A stretch of 46,470 nucleotides of DNA from an uncultured Rhodobiaceae bacterium (GTDB lineage Bacteria > Pseudomonadota > Alphaproteobacteria > MED-G09): the NCBI GenBank assembly GCA_913047775.1, contig CAJWUE010000003.1, positions 1 through 46,470 of the forward strand, given 5' to 3'. Position 1 is the first letter of the stretch; every line of letters begins with the position of its first letter. The translations under genes were made by a program, and so were the position numbers. Shown one piece after another: positions 30,840 to 41,129 of the stretch. The notes below the pieces were generated by a model that was given only the letters and a program-made list of their open reading frames with translations, had not been told where the DNA came from and searched no databases.

Positions 30840-31116
30840 GAAGATCCTAACAGAACTAGAAATTATTAATGAGAAGGGGCTACATGCTCGCGCTTCAAAA
30901 AAACTTGTAGAGTGTGCAAATTTATTTGAATCTGATATTAAAATAGGAATGATATACAATAATGAGGATCAAGATGTCTCATGTAGGGAAATTATGGATT
31001 TGATGATGTTAGGAGCTAATTACGGAAAAAAAGTTAGGTTATCAATAGTTGGTCCTGATGCTCGTAGAGCTTTTAAAGCTATAAAAGAATTATTTAACAA
31101 TCAATTTTACGAATAG
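30832..31116 (+). CDS. Phosphocarrier protein HPr/NPr with Glu at the Ser46-equivalent position
   Basis: INEKGLHARAS (His15 motif), VSCREIMDLMMLGA, GPDA; follows manX. The exact start is uncertain. Confidence 0.9.
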   Translation: MNEKILTELEIINEKGLHARASKKLVECANLFESDIKIGMIYNNEDQDVSCREIMDLMMLGANYGKKVRLSIVGPDARRAFKAIKELFNNQFYE

Positions 31117-31145
31117 AATATTATAATTTTTAATTTAGGAAAGAA

Positions 31146-32438
31146 ATGAAATTTCAAGATTATAAAGTGACTGATATTAACCTGGCTGATTGGGGCCAAA
31201 AAGAAATAAACATAGCAGAAACAGAAATGCCCGGTTTGATGGCATTAAGAAAAGAGTATTCTTCTTCCCAGCCGTTGAAAGGTGCAAATATTGTTGGATG
31301 TCTTCATATGACAATCCAAACAGCAGTACTAATTGAAACATTGATTGCATTGGGGGCTTCTGTAAGATGGTCTTCATGTAATATTTTTTCCACTCAAGAC
31401 CATGCGGCGGCGGCAATAGCAAGTAAAAATATACCCGTTTTTGCTTGGAAAGGAGAAACTGAAGAGGAATATAATTGGTGTATAGAAAAAACTCTCTCTG
31501 GATCAGATACATGGGCTCCTAATCTGATTTTGGATGATGGAGGAGATCTAACTAAAATTGTCCATGAAAAATATCCTGGACTATTAAAAAATATTAGAGG
31601 TCTATCTGAAGAAACGACTACAGGAGTCTTAAGACTATATGAAATGGAGAAAAATAACACTCTAAGAGTACCTGCTATAAACGTTAATGACTCAGTCACT
31701 AAATCTAAATTTGATAATTTATATGGATGTAGAGAAAGTTTAGTTGATGGTTTAAAGAGAGCTACAGACGTCATGTTAGGAGGAAAGGTTGCAGTAGTTT
31801 GTGGTTTCGGTGATGTAGGGAAAGGTTCAGCCGAATCTTTAAAGTCTCAAGGAGCAAGGGTGGTAATAACCGAAATAGATCCCATCTGTGCTCTTCAGGC
31901 CTCAATGCAAGGTTATGAAGTTTCTACAATGGAAGATTATGCAAAAAAAGCAGATATTTTTGTAACCGCCACAGGTAATAAAGACGTTATAACACTAGAC
32001 CACATGCGGGAAATGAAAGACCGAGCTATTGTTGCTAATATCGGCCATTTTGATAGCGAAATACAAGTTGATAAGCTTAGAAATTTTAAATGGCATAATG
32101 TTAAACCTCAAGTCGATGAAATCGAATTTTCAGATAAAAAAAGAATTATACTTCTAGCAGAGGGAAGATTAGTAAATTTGGGATGTGCTACTGGTCATCC
32201 GAGTTTTGTTATGAGCGCATCTTTTTCTAACCAAGTTTTAGCTCAAATTGAAATTTGGAATAATCACAAAGAATACCAAAATAATGTTTATGTCTTACCA
32301 AAGCATCTTGACGAAAAAGTAGCATATTTGCATCTTGATAAATTAGGGGCAAAACTTACCAAATTAAGTGATGATCAGGCTGACTATTTAAATATTAATA
32401 AAAAGGGCCCCTTTAAACCAGATCACTACAGATATTAG
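31146..32438 (+). CDS. ahcY: Adenosylhomocysteinase
   Basis: [46 protein letters not shown]-terminal HYRY. Confidence 0.98.
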   Translation: MKFQDYKVTDINLADWGQKEINIAETEMPGLMALRKEYSSSQPLKGANIVGCLHMTIQTAVLIETLIALGASVRWSSCNIFSTQDHAAAAIASKNIPVFAWKGETEEEYNWCIEKTLSGSDTWAPNLILDDGGDLTKIVHEKYPGLLKNIRGLSEETTTGVLRLYEMEKNNTLRVPAINVNDSVTKSKFDNLYGCRESLVDGLKRATDVMLGGKVAVVCGFGDVGKGSAESLKSQGARVVITEIDPICALQASMQGYEVSTMEDYAKKADIFVTATGNKDVITLDHMREMKDRAIVANIGHFDSEIQVDKLRNFKWHNVKPQVDEIEFSDKKRIILLAEGRLVNLGCATGHPSFVMSASFSNQVLAQIEIWNNHKEYQNNVYVLPKHLDEKVAYLHLDKLGAKLTKLSDDQADYLNINKKGPFKPDHYRY

Positions 32439-32449
32439 GAAATGAATAA

Positions 32450-32770
32450 TTATTGTTGAGAGGGAGGCATCTTAACAACGATACCGTCTAATTCCTGAGT
32501 TATTGGGATCTGACAAGCTAATCTAGATTCTTCTGTTCGGTATTCATGAAAATCCAACATACTTTCTTCTTCTTCTTCCATTGTATTAAGTTTTTTTTGC
32601 CACTCTGCATTTACTAAAATCATACAGGTAGCACAAGCACATCCGCCCCCACAATCAGCATCTATGCCTGGTATTGAATTTGAGACCGCACCTTCCATTA
32701 GAGATATTCCTTCTTCAACATCTACCTTATGCTCTTCTCCACTATCTTCCATGTAAGTTATATTGACCAA
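32450..32770 (-). CDS. 2Fe-2S ferredoxin (putidaredoxin/adrenodoxin type)
   Basis: GIDADCGGGCACATC...SRLACQI, C-terminal P..QQ; TTG start. Confidence 0.93.
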   Translation of the reverse strand: MVNITYMEDSGEEHKVDVEEGISLMEGAVSNSIPGIDADCGGGCACATCMILVNAEWQKKLNTMEEEEESMLDFHEYRTEESRLACQIPITQELDGIVVKMPPSQQ

Positions 32771-32838
32771 ATCATTTCCCTAAAGAATAGTTATTAAATT
32801 AGATTGCTCTTATAACTGAATTTTACACTAAATTACAA

Positions 32839-34056
32839 TTAGTTTAATAAATCTTTAATTGGTCGCAATTCATCAACTAATTTTTCAGGCTCAAGAGAAA
32901 TTCCTTCAGAAATTATTTTCCTAGATACCATATGCTCAGCCGCTCGGTTAATGCAATCTGAAGCGCAAATCTTTCCATCTTTGAGATAAAAAACTGCAAA
33001 AGAATCTTCATCTCTTTCTCCTCTAATAATATAATCGTCATAGTCTGAAATTAAACCGGCTATTTGTAATTTTAGATTATACTGATCAGACCAAAACCAG
33101 GGTACTTGATCATAAGGAATTTTTTTTCCTAAAATAGTTGAAGCTACAGTTTTCCCTTGTTCAATTGCATTATGAACAGATTCCAATCTGATGCTCTTTT
33201 TATAATAAAAATTAGGATGTAAGGTACAATCTCCAGCAGATAAAATTTCTTTGTCGGAGGTCCTACAATATTCATCAACATTAATACCATTGCTTACTTC
33301 AATTCCACAAGATTTAGCTAATTCTTGAGATGGTATGACTCCAATACCGACAATCACTATATCAGCTTTAATTGCACCTGAAGAAGTAACTACTGATCTG
33401 ACCGAATCATTTCCTTCAATTCCCTCAACTCTAGTCTTAGTCATAATATTAACTCCCTGTCTCTCATGATAGGAAGAAAAATAATCTGAAACTACAGGAC
33501 TTGTAACTCTTTCTAAAATTCTGTCAGCCATTTCAACAATTGTTACGTTCAAACCCATAGTCCTTGAAACGGCAGCGACTTCGAGACCAATGTACCCTCC
33601 GCCAATTACCACCATATTTTTAGAATTTTTAATGGAGTTTCTTATTTTTTTTACGTCATCTATTGTTCTTAGATAATGCAGGCCCTTAAGATCTTCTTTT
33701 TCTATCTGAATCTCTCTAGGAATGGCACCTGTTGCAAGAACTAAACTGTCATATTGCATCTTATGTTTATCGTTGTAGATTATGGTCTTATTTTCCCGAT
33801 CAATCTCTTGAACATATGAATTTAACAAAATATTAATATTTTCATTTTTATAATATTTATCAGGCTTAAGAAATAATCGATCGGAATCTATTTTTCCAGA
33901 AAGAAATTTTTTTGAAAGTGGGGGTCTTTGATAAGGAATATAATTTTCAGCGCAGAAAATTGAAATACTTCCATCATATTCTTGCTGTCTGAGACTATTA
34001 GCAACCTGACAGGCTGCTTGTCCTCCCCCAACAATTACAATTTTTTTGTTTTTCAT
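32839..34056 (-). CDS. NAD(P)H-ferredoxin reductase (putidaredoxin reductase-like)
   Basis: VGGGQA, PYQRPPLSK, IGGGYIGLE, SAGDC, RLESVHNA, VPWFWSDQY. Confidence 0.93.
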   Translation of the reverse strand: MKNKKIVIVGGGQAACQVANSLRQQEYDGSISIFCAENYIPYQRPPLSKKFLSGKIDSDRLFLKPDKYYKNENINILLNSYVQEIDRENKTIIYNDKHKMQYDSLVLATGAIPREIQIEKEDLKGLHYLRTIDDVKKIRNSIKNSKNMVVIGGGYIGLEVAAVSRTMGLNVTIVEMADRILERVTSPVVSDYFSSYHERQGVNIMTKTRVEGIEGNDSVRSVVTSSGAIKADIVIVGIGVIPSQELAKSCGIEVSNGINVDEYCRTSDKEILSAGDCTLHPNFYYKKSIRLESVHNAIEQGKTVASTILGKKIPYDQVPWFWSDQYNLKLQIAGLISDYDDYIIRGERDEDSFAVFYLKDGKICASDCINRAAEHMVSRKIISEGISLEPEKLVDELRPIKDLLN

Positions 34057-34127
34057 AGCCAGTACAAAAATTAGAAATAAAAGTATTTATTTATTTAAGC
34101 TTTATATCAAAATGATATTATTAAGTA

Positions 34128-34601
34128 ATGCACGAAATAACAATAAATTCCCCAAATGTTCAAAAAACAGAAAAACTGGGAAAAATTTTATCTAAAATTT
34201 TAAAGAAAAATGATTTAATAGCGTTACAGGGTGAATTGGGAAGTGGTAAAACTACTTTGGCTAGATCCATCATTCTGTCAAGCATGGGCACTAAGAAAGG
34301 TAATATGCCAATACCTTCACCAACCTTCAACCTTGTCCAATTGTATGACTGTAAAAAAATTATTATCGGGCATGCGGACTTATATAGAATTAATAACTCC
34401 GAAGAGATAGAAGCATTGAATCTAGAAGAAATAATAGATAACGGTGTTCTAATTGTTGAATGGGCCGAAAAATTGAGTCCAATTAAGGAAACAAACATTC
34501 TAAGGATCCAATTTACAAATACTAATAATGGCCTCGATATTAATATTTTAGATGTATCTGGTTGGTCAGATAGAATCATAGCAATATCAAAATATTTTTA
34601 A
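34128..34601 (+). CDS. tsaE: t6A biosynthesis ATPase TsaE
   Basis: GELGSGKTT, PSPTFNLVQ.Y, HADLYR, IVEW. Confidence 0.95.
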   Translation: MHEITINSPNVQKTEKLGKILSKILKKNDLIALQGELGSGKTTLARSIILSSMGTKKGNMPIPSPTFNLVQLYDCKKIIIGHADLYRINNSEEIEALNLEEIIDNGVLIVEWAEKLSPIKETNILRIQFTNTNNGLDINILDVSGWSDRIIAISKYF

Positions 34602-34618
34602 TCTTGGATATTTAAATT

Positions 34619-35938
34619 ATGGAAACTGAAGGAATTTTTGATTTTGAAACTAATGGGATTGAAAAAGGTTTTTCCTATCCCCATCAGTTAGCTATTGGTG
34701 AAATAGACTCAAAACATGTGAAAGTCTTTAATAATCGTATATTGACCTATGATCTTCCTAATCCCAGAGCGTTATTCGCAACAAATATGAAATGGGAAAA
34801 ACTTTTAAAAGGACCTAGTCTATACGAAGTTATGCCAGAAATGTTTTCGGCTCTGGATTTTGACATCTTATGGGGTTGGAATGTTAAATATGATAGTGGA
34901 GTCTTAGAGGATGGTTTATTCAGTATAGGATATAATCCATATATCAAAAAAACAGATGGAACTGTAATTTGTGATGCAATGTCATTTACCTCCCTTTCCT
35001 CATTCCTTGAACCAGAAAAAATGAAAATACCTATTAACGAAAAAGGAAAACCGACCCTCAAGCTTGAGAAAGTGTATATAGAAAATTTTGGAGAAGACTC
35101 TAATATGAACTGGCATCAAGCCGATTTTGATGTAGAAGGCACAAGAAAATTATTAAAGAAGATAGAAAAAGAAATTCCTAATTTATGGAATATCCGAACG
35201 CAATTTTTTAATAAATACTCTCGACAGAGAATCCTATCCGAGCCAAAAATTTATGCTTACTATCTTCATTTTAGTAGGAATATAAACTTTATGAAGCCCA
35301 TTTTACAAAGGGAAGACGGTACGGGAACATTTTCAGTAAACCTAAATAAATTTGGTAACAAAAATAGTCTTACCGCAAACGATAAGAAGAAATTAAAAGA
35401 AGGGAAAAAACCTTCTTGGTTAGCAGAACATTTTAAAAATATGGATTATATAATATTTGATCCTGATAGTTTAAAATTAGATGTTGATACATACGAACCT
35501 AATGATGAAATCTTAGAAGAAATTTCTGATTTAATCTCATTAAAGCTTGCTAAACCCAAAGTTTGGAAAGAACCTAAATTATTAGAACATCAAAAATTTA
35601 ATTTTCCTATTAAAGAAGATAAACAATCCTGGGATTTATTTCACAAAACCCAAGACTGGGATGAAAAGGTACAAATTAAATTTAAAGATATGCGTTCAAA
35701 AAGGATAGCACAAAGATTAATTTATGATAATGCACCTGGTTCCTTAGATACACAACCATATAAAGTGATTGAAGATTACATAAAAGAAAGATGGCTAAGT
35801 GAAGATCCAGATGTTCCTTGGGTGACAATACCTAAGGCCCTTAAAGAATTGGGAAATATAGAAAGGGAAACTGAAGGGGAAGCTCTTCCAGGATATAAGG
35901 ATTATTTAATTAATATTTCTAATGAACTAAAAAAATGA
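34619..35938 (+). CDS. DEDDh 3'-5' exonuclease, divergent exodeoxyribonuclease I (SbcB)-like
   Basis: ExoI FDFETNG, LPNPRAL..T, ExoII GWNVKYD, LKLE, ExoIII HQADFDV; long helical C-terminus. Confidence 0.75.
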   Translation: METEGIFDFETNGIEKGFSYPHQLAIGEIDSKHVKVFNNRILTYDLPNPRALFATNMKWEKLLKGPSLYEVMPEMFSALDFDILWGWNVKYDSGVLEDGLFSIGYNPYIKKTDGTVICDAMSFTSLSSFLEPEKMKIPINEKGKPTLKLEKVYIENFGEDSNMNWHQADFDVEGTRKLLKKIEKEIPNLWNIRTQFFNKYSRQRILSEPKIYAYYLHFSRNINFMKPILQREDGTGTFSVNLNKFGNKNSLTANDKKKLKEGKKPSWLAEHFKNMDYIIFDPDSLKLDVDTYEPNDEILEEISDLISLKLAKPKVWKEPKLLEHQKFNFPIKEDKQSWDLFHKTQDWDEKVQIKFKDMRSKRIAQRLIYDNAPGSLDTQPYKVIEDYIKERWLSEDPDVPWVTIPKALKELGNIERETEGEALPGYKDYLINISNELKK

Positions 35939-35972
35939 GTCACAATAAAATTTAATAAAAATGGAGAAAAAA

Positions 35973-36293
35973 ATGTCTCTTATTAATATAAAAGATGATG
36001 AATTCAAGAAGACGGTGCTTGATCAAGACGGATTAGTTTTGGTTGACTTCTGGGCAGAGTGGTGTGGTCCTTGCAAACAAATAGGGCCCTTGCTTGAAGA
36101 GATGGCAAATAATGAAGAATTATCTTTAAGGGTCGCAAAAATAAATATTGATGAAAATCCTATAGTGGCCACAGATTATGGAATTCGGAGTATACCTACC
36201 ATGTTATTATTTAGTAATGGAGAACTTAAGGATACCAAAATAGGCGCTTTACCTAAGAGTGAATTAGAGGATTGGATAAGAGATAACTCCTAG
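35973..36293 (+). CDS. trxA: Thioredoxin
   Basis: VDFWAEWCGPCK, IRSIPT. Start placed at ATG 35973 after SD GGAG. Confidence 0.96.
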   Translation: MSLINIKDDEFKKTVLDQDGLVLVDFWAEWCGPCKQIGPLLEEMANNEELSLRVAKINIDENPIVATDYGIRSIPTMLLFSNGELKDTKIGALPKSELEDWIRDNS

Positions 36294-37576
36294 TTTATTT
36301 TTTTAGCCTCTGCCACTAAAGATAAAGAACCACATATCAAAACTCTCAAATCCTGACTTTTATCGATTGAATTTAATCCTTCTTGTAGACTAGGTTCAAA
36401 AATAATATCCAATTCAAGCTCTTTACCATTCTTTATAATTTCTTCCGGTCTTACATATTTTCTGTTTTGTAAGGGAACATATATAGTGGCATCAAACATG
36501 CCTTTAAAAGGCTCCATAAATTCCTTAATTTTTTTTTCGTGGGCAAGACCAAAGATCAAAATCATTTTTTTTGTATCTTTGCTATTAATACTCTTCATTG
36601 CCTTTGCAATAGCATTCGCCCCGGACGGATTGTGGCATCCGTCGATCCATATTTCACTATTATTTAATTTCTTAGAAATCCTACCTTTTAAAATTTCTAA
36701 ACGACCTAACAATTTAGCATTCATTATCCCCTTCTTAATAATTTGGTCCTCGATTCTTAAATCATTATTTTTTTTAAGAAATCTTAATGTTGCAATTGAT
36801 AATCCAGCATTCATTATTTGATGACTTCCTATCATATGAGGAGCGCGTATTTCTATGGAATCTTTCTCATCTTCATAAATAAATTTTCCTTGAGATTCTT
36901 TAACAACCCAATGTTTGTCATACATAAAAATTTTATTTTTTTTAAAAAATTTATTTTTTGAAATATATTCTACAATTTCTTTTTTTTGCTTTCCAATCAC
37001 TACTGGCGTTGCTTTATTGACTATCCCAAATTTTTCTTTAGCTATAGACAATATATCTTCTCCTAAATAATTTTCATGATCAAAAGAGATAGGTGTAATA
37101 ACTGCAACATTTTTTTTTGGAATTACATTAGTAGAATCATATCTTCCCCCTAAACCTACTTCCAAAATATTCCAATCCGCAGGAAATTGAGAAAATAAAT
37201 CAAAACCACATGCCGTTATTACTTCAAAAAAAGTTATTTCATTTCTATTAAGCTGATTATCACATCTATTAAGCGCATCAATTAATATCTTATCCTTCAC
37301 AAAATTATTTTTAATTACTATTCTTTCATTAATCCTTAATAAATGTGGAGAAATAAGAGCATTCACAGTTAAATTATTATGAAAAAGACAAGACTTCAAA
37401 AAAGTCAGAACAGATCCTTTGCCGTTTGTGCCAGCAATATGAATAATTTTTTCTAAACGAAAGTGCGGTTTACCAAGTAACTTTAGTAATTTATTTATTC
37501 TTGAAAGAGATTTAGGAAGAGCAGGCTCATAGTAATTAAATATTTTCTGAATATCTTTCTTTATCAGATTAGCCAT
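36290..37576 (-). CDS. folC: Dihydrofolate/folylpolyglutamate synthase
   Basis: HIAGTNGKGS, SPHL...NERI, EVGLGGRYDSTN, DGCHN, CGSL. Confidence 0.96.
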   Translation of the reverse strand: MANLIKKDIQKIFNYYEPALPKSLSRINKLLKLLGKPHFRLEKIIHIAGTNGKGSVLTFLKSCLFHNNLTVNALISPHLLRINERIVIKNNFVKDKILIDALNRCDNQLNRNEITFFEVITACGFDLFSQFPADWNILEVGLGGRYDSTNVIPKKNVAVITPISFDHENYLGEDILSIAKEKFGIVNKATPVVIGKQKKEIVEYISKNKFFKKNKIFMYDKHWVVKESQGKFIYEDEKDSIEIRAPHMIGSHQIMNAGLSIATLRFLKKNNDLRIEDQIIKKGIMNAKLLGRLEILKGRISKKLNNSEIWIDGCHNPSGANAIAKAMKSINSKDTKKMILIFGLAHEKKIKEFMEPFKGMFDATIYVPLQNRKYVRPEEIIKNGKELELDIIFEPSLQEGLNSIDKSQDLRVLICGSLSLVAEAKKIN

Positions 37577-38444
37577 TTTGTGAAGATTTTTCTTTAATAT
37601 TCTTAGTTAGAAGATCTAATAAATTGCTAATAGTTCCTTTTAAATCTTTTCTGTGGACTACAGTGTCAACCATTCCATGATCTAGAAGATATTCTGATCT
37701 CTGGAATCCTTCGGGCAGACTTTGCTTGATAGTATTTTCTATAACTCTAGGACCTGCAAAACCTATTAATGCATCTGGTTCGGCAATGTGAATATCGCCT
37801 AGCATCGCATAGGAAGCTGTCACTCCTCCAGTAGTTGGATTTGTCAAAATTACGAGATATGGTATTTTCTTTTCCCGCAGAGATTGTACCATAATAGTTG
37901 TTCTAGGCATTTGCATTAGAGATAATATGCCTTCCTGCATTCTTGCTCCTCCGGACGATGAACATAATATAAATGGATAATTATTCTTGAGGGAATTTTC
38001 TATGGCTCTAATTATACTTTCTCCAGCTGCCATTCCCAAGGATCCACCCATAAAGTTAAAATCATGCACCGCTAAAGTGACATTAAAAGAATCTATTTTC
38101 CCCTGACCTATTACAACCGAGTCTGAGTTCTTCGTTTTATTCCTGGATTCCTTGATTCTGTCGGTGTAGCGTTTCTGGTCTTTAAATTTTAAAGGATCTA
38201 ATGGTGTCTCAGGATTATCAAGATATTTAATTGTGCCTTCATCTAAGAGTTGTCTAAATCTTTCTTTAGCCGAGATTTTCATATGATAATCACATTCAGT
38301 ACACACAAATAGATTATCTGAAGCATCTTTATGAAAAATCATGGCCTCACAAGATTCACATTTTAACCATAAATCCTTTTTATCAGCAGGTTTTATAGTG
38401 AAAATCTTTTTAAGACCTGGTGCTATTCTCTTAAACCAATTCAA
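37569..38444 (-). CDS. accD: Acetyl-CoA carboxylase carboxyltransferase beta
   Basis: WLKCESC..C..C zinc finger, FMGGS, SGGARMQEG, PTTGGVTAS, FAGPRVIE. Confidence 0.97.
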   Translation of the reverse strand: MNWFKRIAPGLKKIFTIKPADKKDLWLKCESCEAMIFHKDASDNLFVCTECDYHMKISAKERFRQLLDEGTIKYLDNPETPLDPLKFKDQKRYTDRIKESRNKTKNSDSVVIGQGKIDSFNVTLAVHDFNFMGGSLGMAAGESIIRAIENSLKNNYPFILCSSSGGARMQEGILSLMQMPRTTIMVQSLREKKIPYLVILTNPTTGGVTASYAMLGDIHIAEPDALIGFAGPRVIENTIKQSLPEGFQRSEYLLDHGMVDTVVHRKDLKGTISNLLDLLTKNIKEKSSQNG

Positions 38445-38462
38445 TTTTAAGTCCTTAACTAA

Positions 38463-39266
38463 TTAGTTTGTTTTCATATTTGAAATGAACCCTAAAGCTT
38501 CATTAATTATAAATTCATCGCTTTCATCGTTTTCTAGCCCATTTAATATTGTGTTAACTAGTGCCGACCCAACCACTACTGCATCAGAAAACTCATTTAT
38601 TAAATTCACTTGTTTAGGTGTTTTTATCCCAAAACCAACGGCTATTGGGAGATGTGTAAACTCCCTTACAAAATCTAAACTTTCTTTTAAGGGGCCAATT
38701 TCAGGTTTTTTTGTGCCTGTTATACCGGTTATAGAGACATAATATAGAAAACCTGAACTATTATTTAAGATGATCTTTAATCTGTCTTGATTTGTTGTAG
38801 GAGTCACTAGTCGTACAAAGTCAATACCTAGTTCTTTTGCATTAATACATAACTCATCATCATGTTCAGGGGGTAAATCAACAATTATTAATCCATCCAC
38901 CCCTAATTCTCTACAATTTTGTAGAAACTTATCCCTTCCAAATCTGTAAATCGGATTGTAGTACCCCATTAAAACTATTGGAGTATTAGTATCTATTCTC
39001 CTAAAATCTTTGACTATCTCAAAAGTCTTCATCATTGTATGACCCATATCTATCGATAATTTAGATGATGTCTGGATTATAGGACCTTCAGCCATTGGAT
39101 CGGAAAATGGCATACCTATCTCAATAATGTCGGCCCCCATAGAGGGGAGTTTGTTAATTATTGACTGACATATATTGTTATTAGGAAATCCAGCAGTAAT
39201 AAAAGGGATTAGAGCTTTTTTATTTTCTAATTTAAGGTTGTCGAATTTTTTTTTGATCTTTGACAT
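38463..39266 (-). CDS. trpA: Tryptophan synthase alpha
   Basis: IEIGMPFSDPMAEGP, LMGYYNP, VDLPPE, GFGI, VVVGSA. Confidence 0.97.
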   Translation of the reverse strand: MSKIKKKFDNLKLENKKALIPFITAGFPNNNICQSIINKLPSMGADIIEIGMPFSDPMAEGPIIQTSSKLSIDMGHTMMKTFEIVKDFRRIDTNTPIVLMGYYNPIYRFGRDKFLQNCRELGVDGLIIVDLPPEHDDELCINAKELGIDFVRLVTPTTNQDRLKIILNNSSGFLYYVSITGITGTKKPEIGPLKESLDFVREFTHLPIAVGFGIKTPKQVNLINEFSDAVVVGSALVNTILNGLENDESDEFIINEALGFISNMKTN

Positions 39267-40474
39267 TATGAAGCCTCAATACCCATTATCTTTGAAACAG
39301 TTTCAACGTCTTTATCTCCTCTGCCACACATATTCATAATTATGATCTTTTTTTTGTCCAATTCTTTTGCGATCCTTATAACGAATGAAAGGGCGTGTGA
39401 GGGCTCAAGGGCAGGGATAATACCTTCGTATCTAGAACATAATTCAAATGCTTCTAAAGCTTCGTTGTCTGTCGCAGAAACATATTTGACTCTTTCTTGC
39501 TCTTTAAGCCAAGAATGCTCTGGACCAATACCTGGATAATCTAAACCTGCAGAAATAGAATGGCCCTCTTTAATTTGCCCTTCATTATCCTGTAATAGAT
39601 AAGTCCTATTTCCATGTAAGATTCCAGGTAAACCTTTTGATAATGATGCAGCATGTTCCTCTCCATCTAAACCTAATCCAGCTGCTTCTACACCAAACAT
39701 TTCAACATCATCATCTAGGAAAGGATAAAACAAGCCTAGGGCATTTGAACCTCCACCGACACAAGCAACCAGAATATCTGGAAGTCTGCCTTCCTTTTCA
39801 AGAATTTGTTTTTTAGCCTCTCTGCCTATAATTGATTGGAAGTCCCTAACCATAGACGGATAAGGGTGAGGGCCAGCTACTGTTCCAATTAAATAAAAAG
39901 TGTCTTTTACATTTGCAACCCAGTCTCTCAAAGCTTCATTCATAGCATCTTTCAGAGTACCACTACCTGAATGAACAGGAATTACACTACCTCCAAGCAA
40001 TTTTATTTTAAAAACATTAGATTTTTGTCTCTCTATATCTTTGTTTCCCATATAAATAATGCATTCAAGGTTAAATCTAGCACATACTGTAGCAACAGCT
40101 ACACCGTGTTGACCAGCGCCAGTTTCAGCTATAATTCTAGATTTATTCATTCTCTTTGCTAAAAGGATCTGACCTAAACAATTATTTATTTTATGGCTTC
40201 CTGTATGATTCAACTCATCTCTTTTAAAATATATTTTTGCTCCACCGATAAGATCTGTCAGTCTCTCAGCAAAATATAGTGGGCTTTCTCTACCCACATA
40301 GTTACGAGCAAAGAATTGAATTTCATCTAAAAACTTTTTGTCCTTTTTTGCCTGTTCATATTCATTCTCAAGATCTGTAATTAGTGGCATTAAGGTTTCT
40401 GGTACATATTTTCCACCAAATATACCAAAATTTCCTTCTTTATCAGGTCCATCTTTATATGAGTTTTTATTCAT
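39266..40474 (-). CDS. trpB: Tryptophan synthase beta
   Basis: [41 protein letters not shown]. Confidence 0.98.
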   Translation of the reverse strand: MNKNSYKDGPDKEGNFGIFGGKYVPETLMPLITDLENEYEQAKKDKKFLDEIQFFARNYVGRESPLYFAERLTDLIGGAKIYFKRDELNHTGSHKINNCLGQILLAKRMNKSRIIAETGAGQHGVAVATVCARFNLECIIYMGNKDIERQKSNVFKIKLLGGSVIPVHSGSGTLKDAMNEALRDWVANVKDTFYLIGTVAGPHPYPSMVRDFQSIIGREAKKQILEKEGRLPDILVACVGGGSNALGLFYPFLDDDVEMFGVEAAGLGLDGEEHAASLSKGLPGILHGNRTYLLQDNEGQIKEGHSISAGLDYPGIGPEHSWLKEQERVKYVSATDNEALEAFELCSRYEGIIPALEPSHALSFVIRIAKELDKKKIIIMNMCGRGDKDVETVSKIMGIEAS

Positions 40475-41129
40475 AATTCTCCTTATAAAATGATTGGGCT
40501 GTTTTTATAAAATCTTTAATTAACTTTTCATCTTTGACTCCTGGTTGTTTTTCTACGCCAGAAGAAACATCTATACCCATTGGCTTTGTTTGAGTGATAG
40601 CATCTATCACATTATCAATATTTAAACCCCCGCTGATAAAGAAATTTTTTAAATTACAATCTTCTAATAAATCCCACTCAAAAACCTTGTTTAATCCTCC
40701 CTTTTGCGCATTAGGCTTGTTAGAAGGTACTGAATCAAATAAAAAATAGTCAACAGAACTTAAGTAATTATTGGTTTTTTCAAGATCATTTTTCGATCCT
40801 ACACCAAAAGCCTTTATGATTGGCAGACCTGAGATTTCTTTAATTTCAGAACATCGTTTTGGAGTCTCATAACCATGTAACTGAATCATAGTAGCATTTA
40901 TAGCCTTAATAGATTTTAACAAATGGTTGTTTTCAGGATCAACAAATACACCAATTCTTTCTGCATTCCTTGCTAAATCAGAAAAATTATTCTCTCTAGC
41001 AAAACAAGGATTTAGTGTTCTTGGGCTCGGACTGGCAAATATAAAGCCCAACATGTCTGCTCCACTCCGCAAAGACATTGTTATATGTTCGGGTTTAGAT
41101 AATCCGCATATTTTAATTTTAAGACTCAT
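40467..41129 (-). CDS. trpF: Phosphoribosylanthranilate isomerase
   Basis: [26 protein letters not shown]...GVKD. Confidence 0.96.
   Translation of the reverse strand: MSLKIKICGLSKPEHITMSLRSGADMLGFIFASPSPRTLNPCFARENNFSDLARNAERIGVFVDPENNHLLKSIKAINATMIQLHGYETPKRCSEIKEISGLPIIKAFGVGSKNDLEKTNNYLSSVDYFLFDSVPSNKPNAQKGGLNKVFEWDLLEDCNLKNFFISGGLNIDNVIDAITQTKPMGIDVSSGVEKQPGVKDEKLIKDFIKTAQSFYKENYE

Noticed and set aside
34619-35938. Exonuclease as an anti-phage defence or CRISPR-associated gene
   Set aside because: No partner defence genes, repeats or array; the context is housekeeping and the motifs fit an ExoI-like enzyme.
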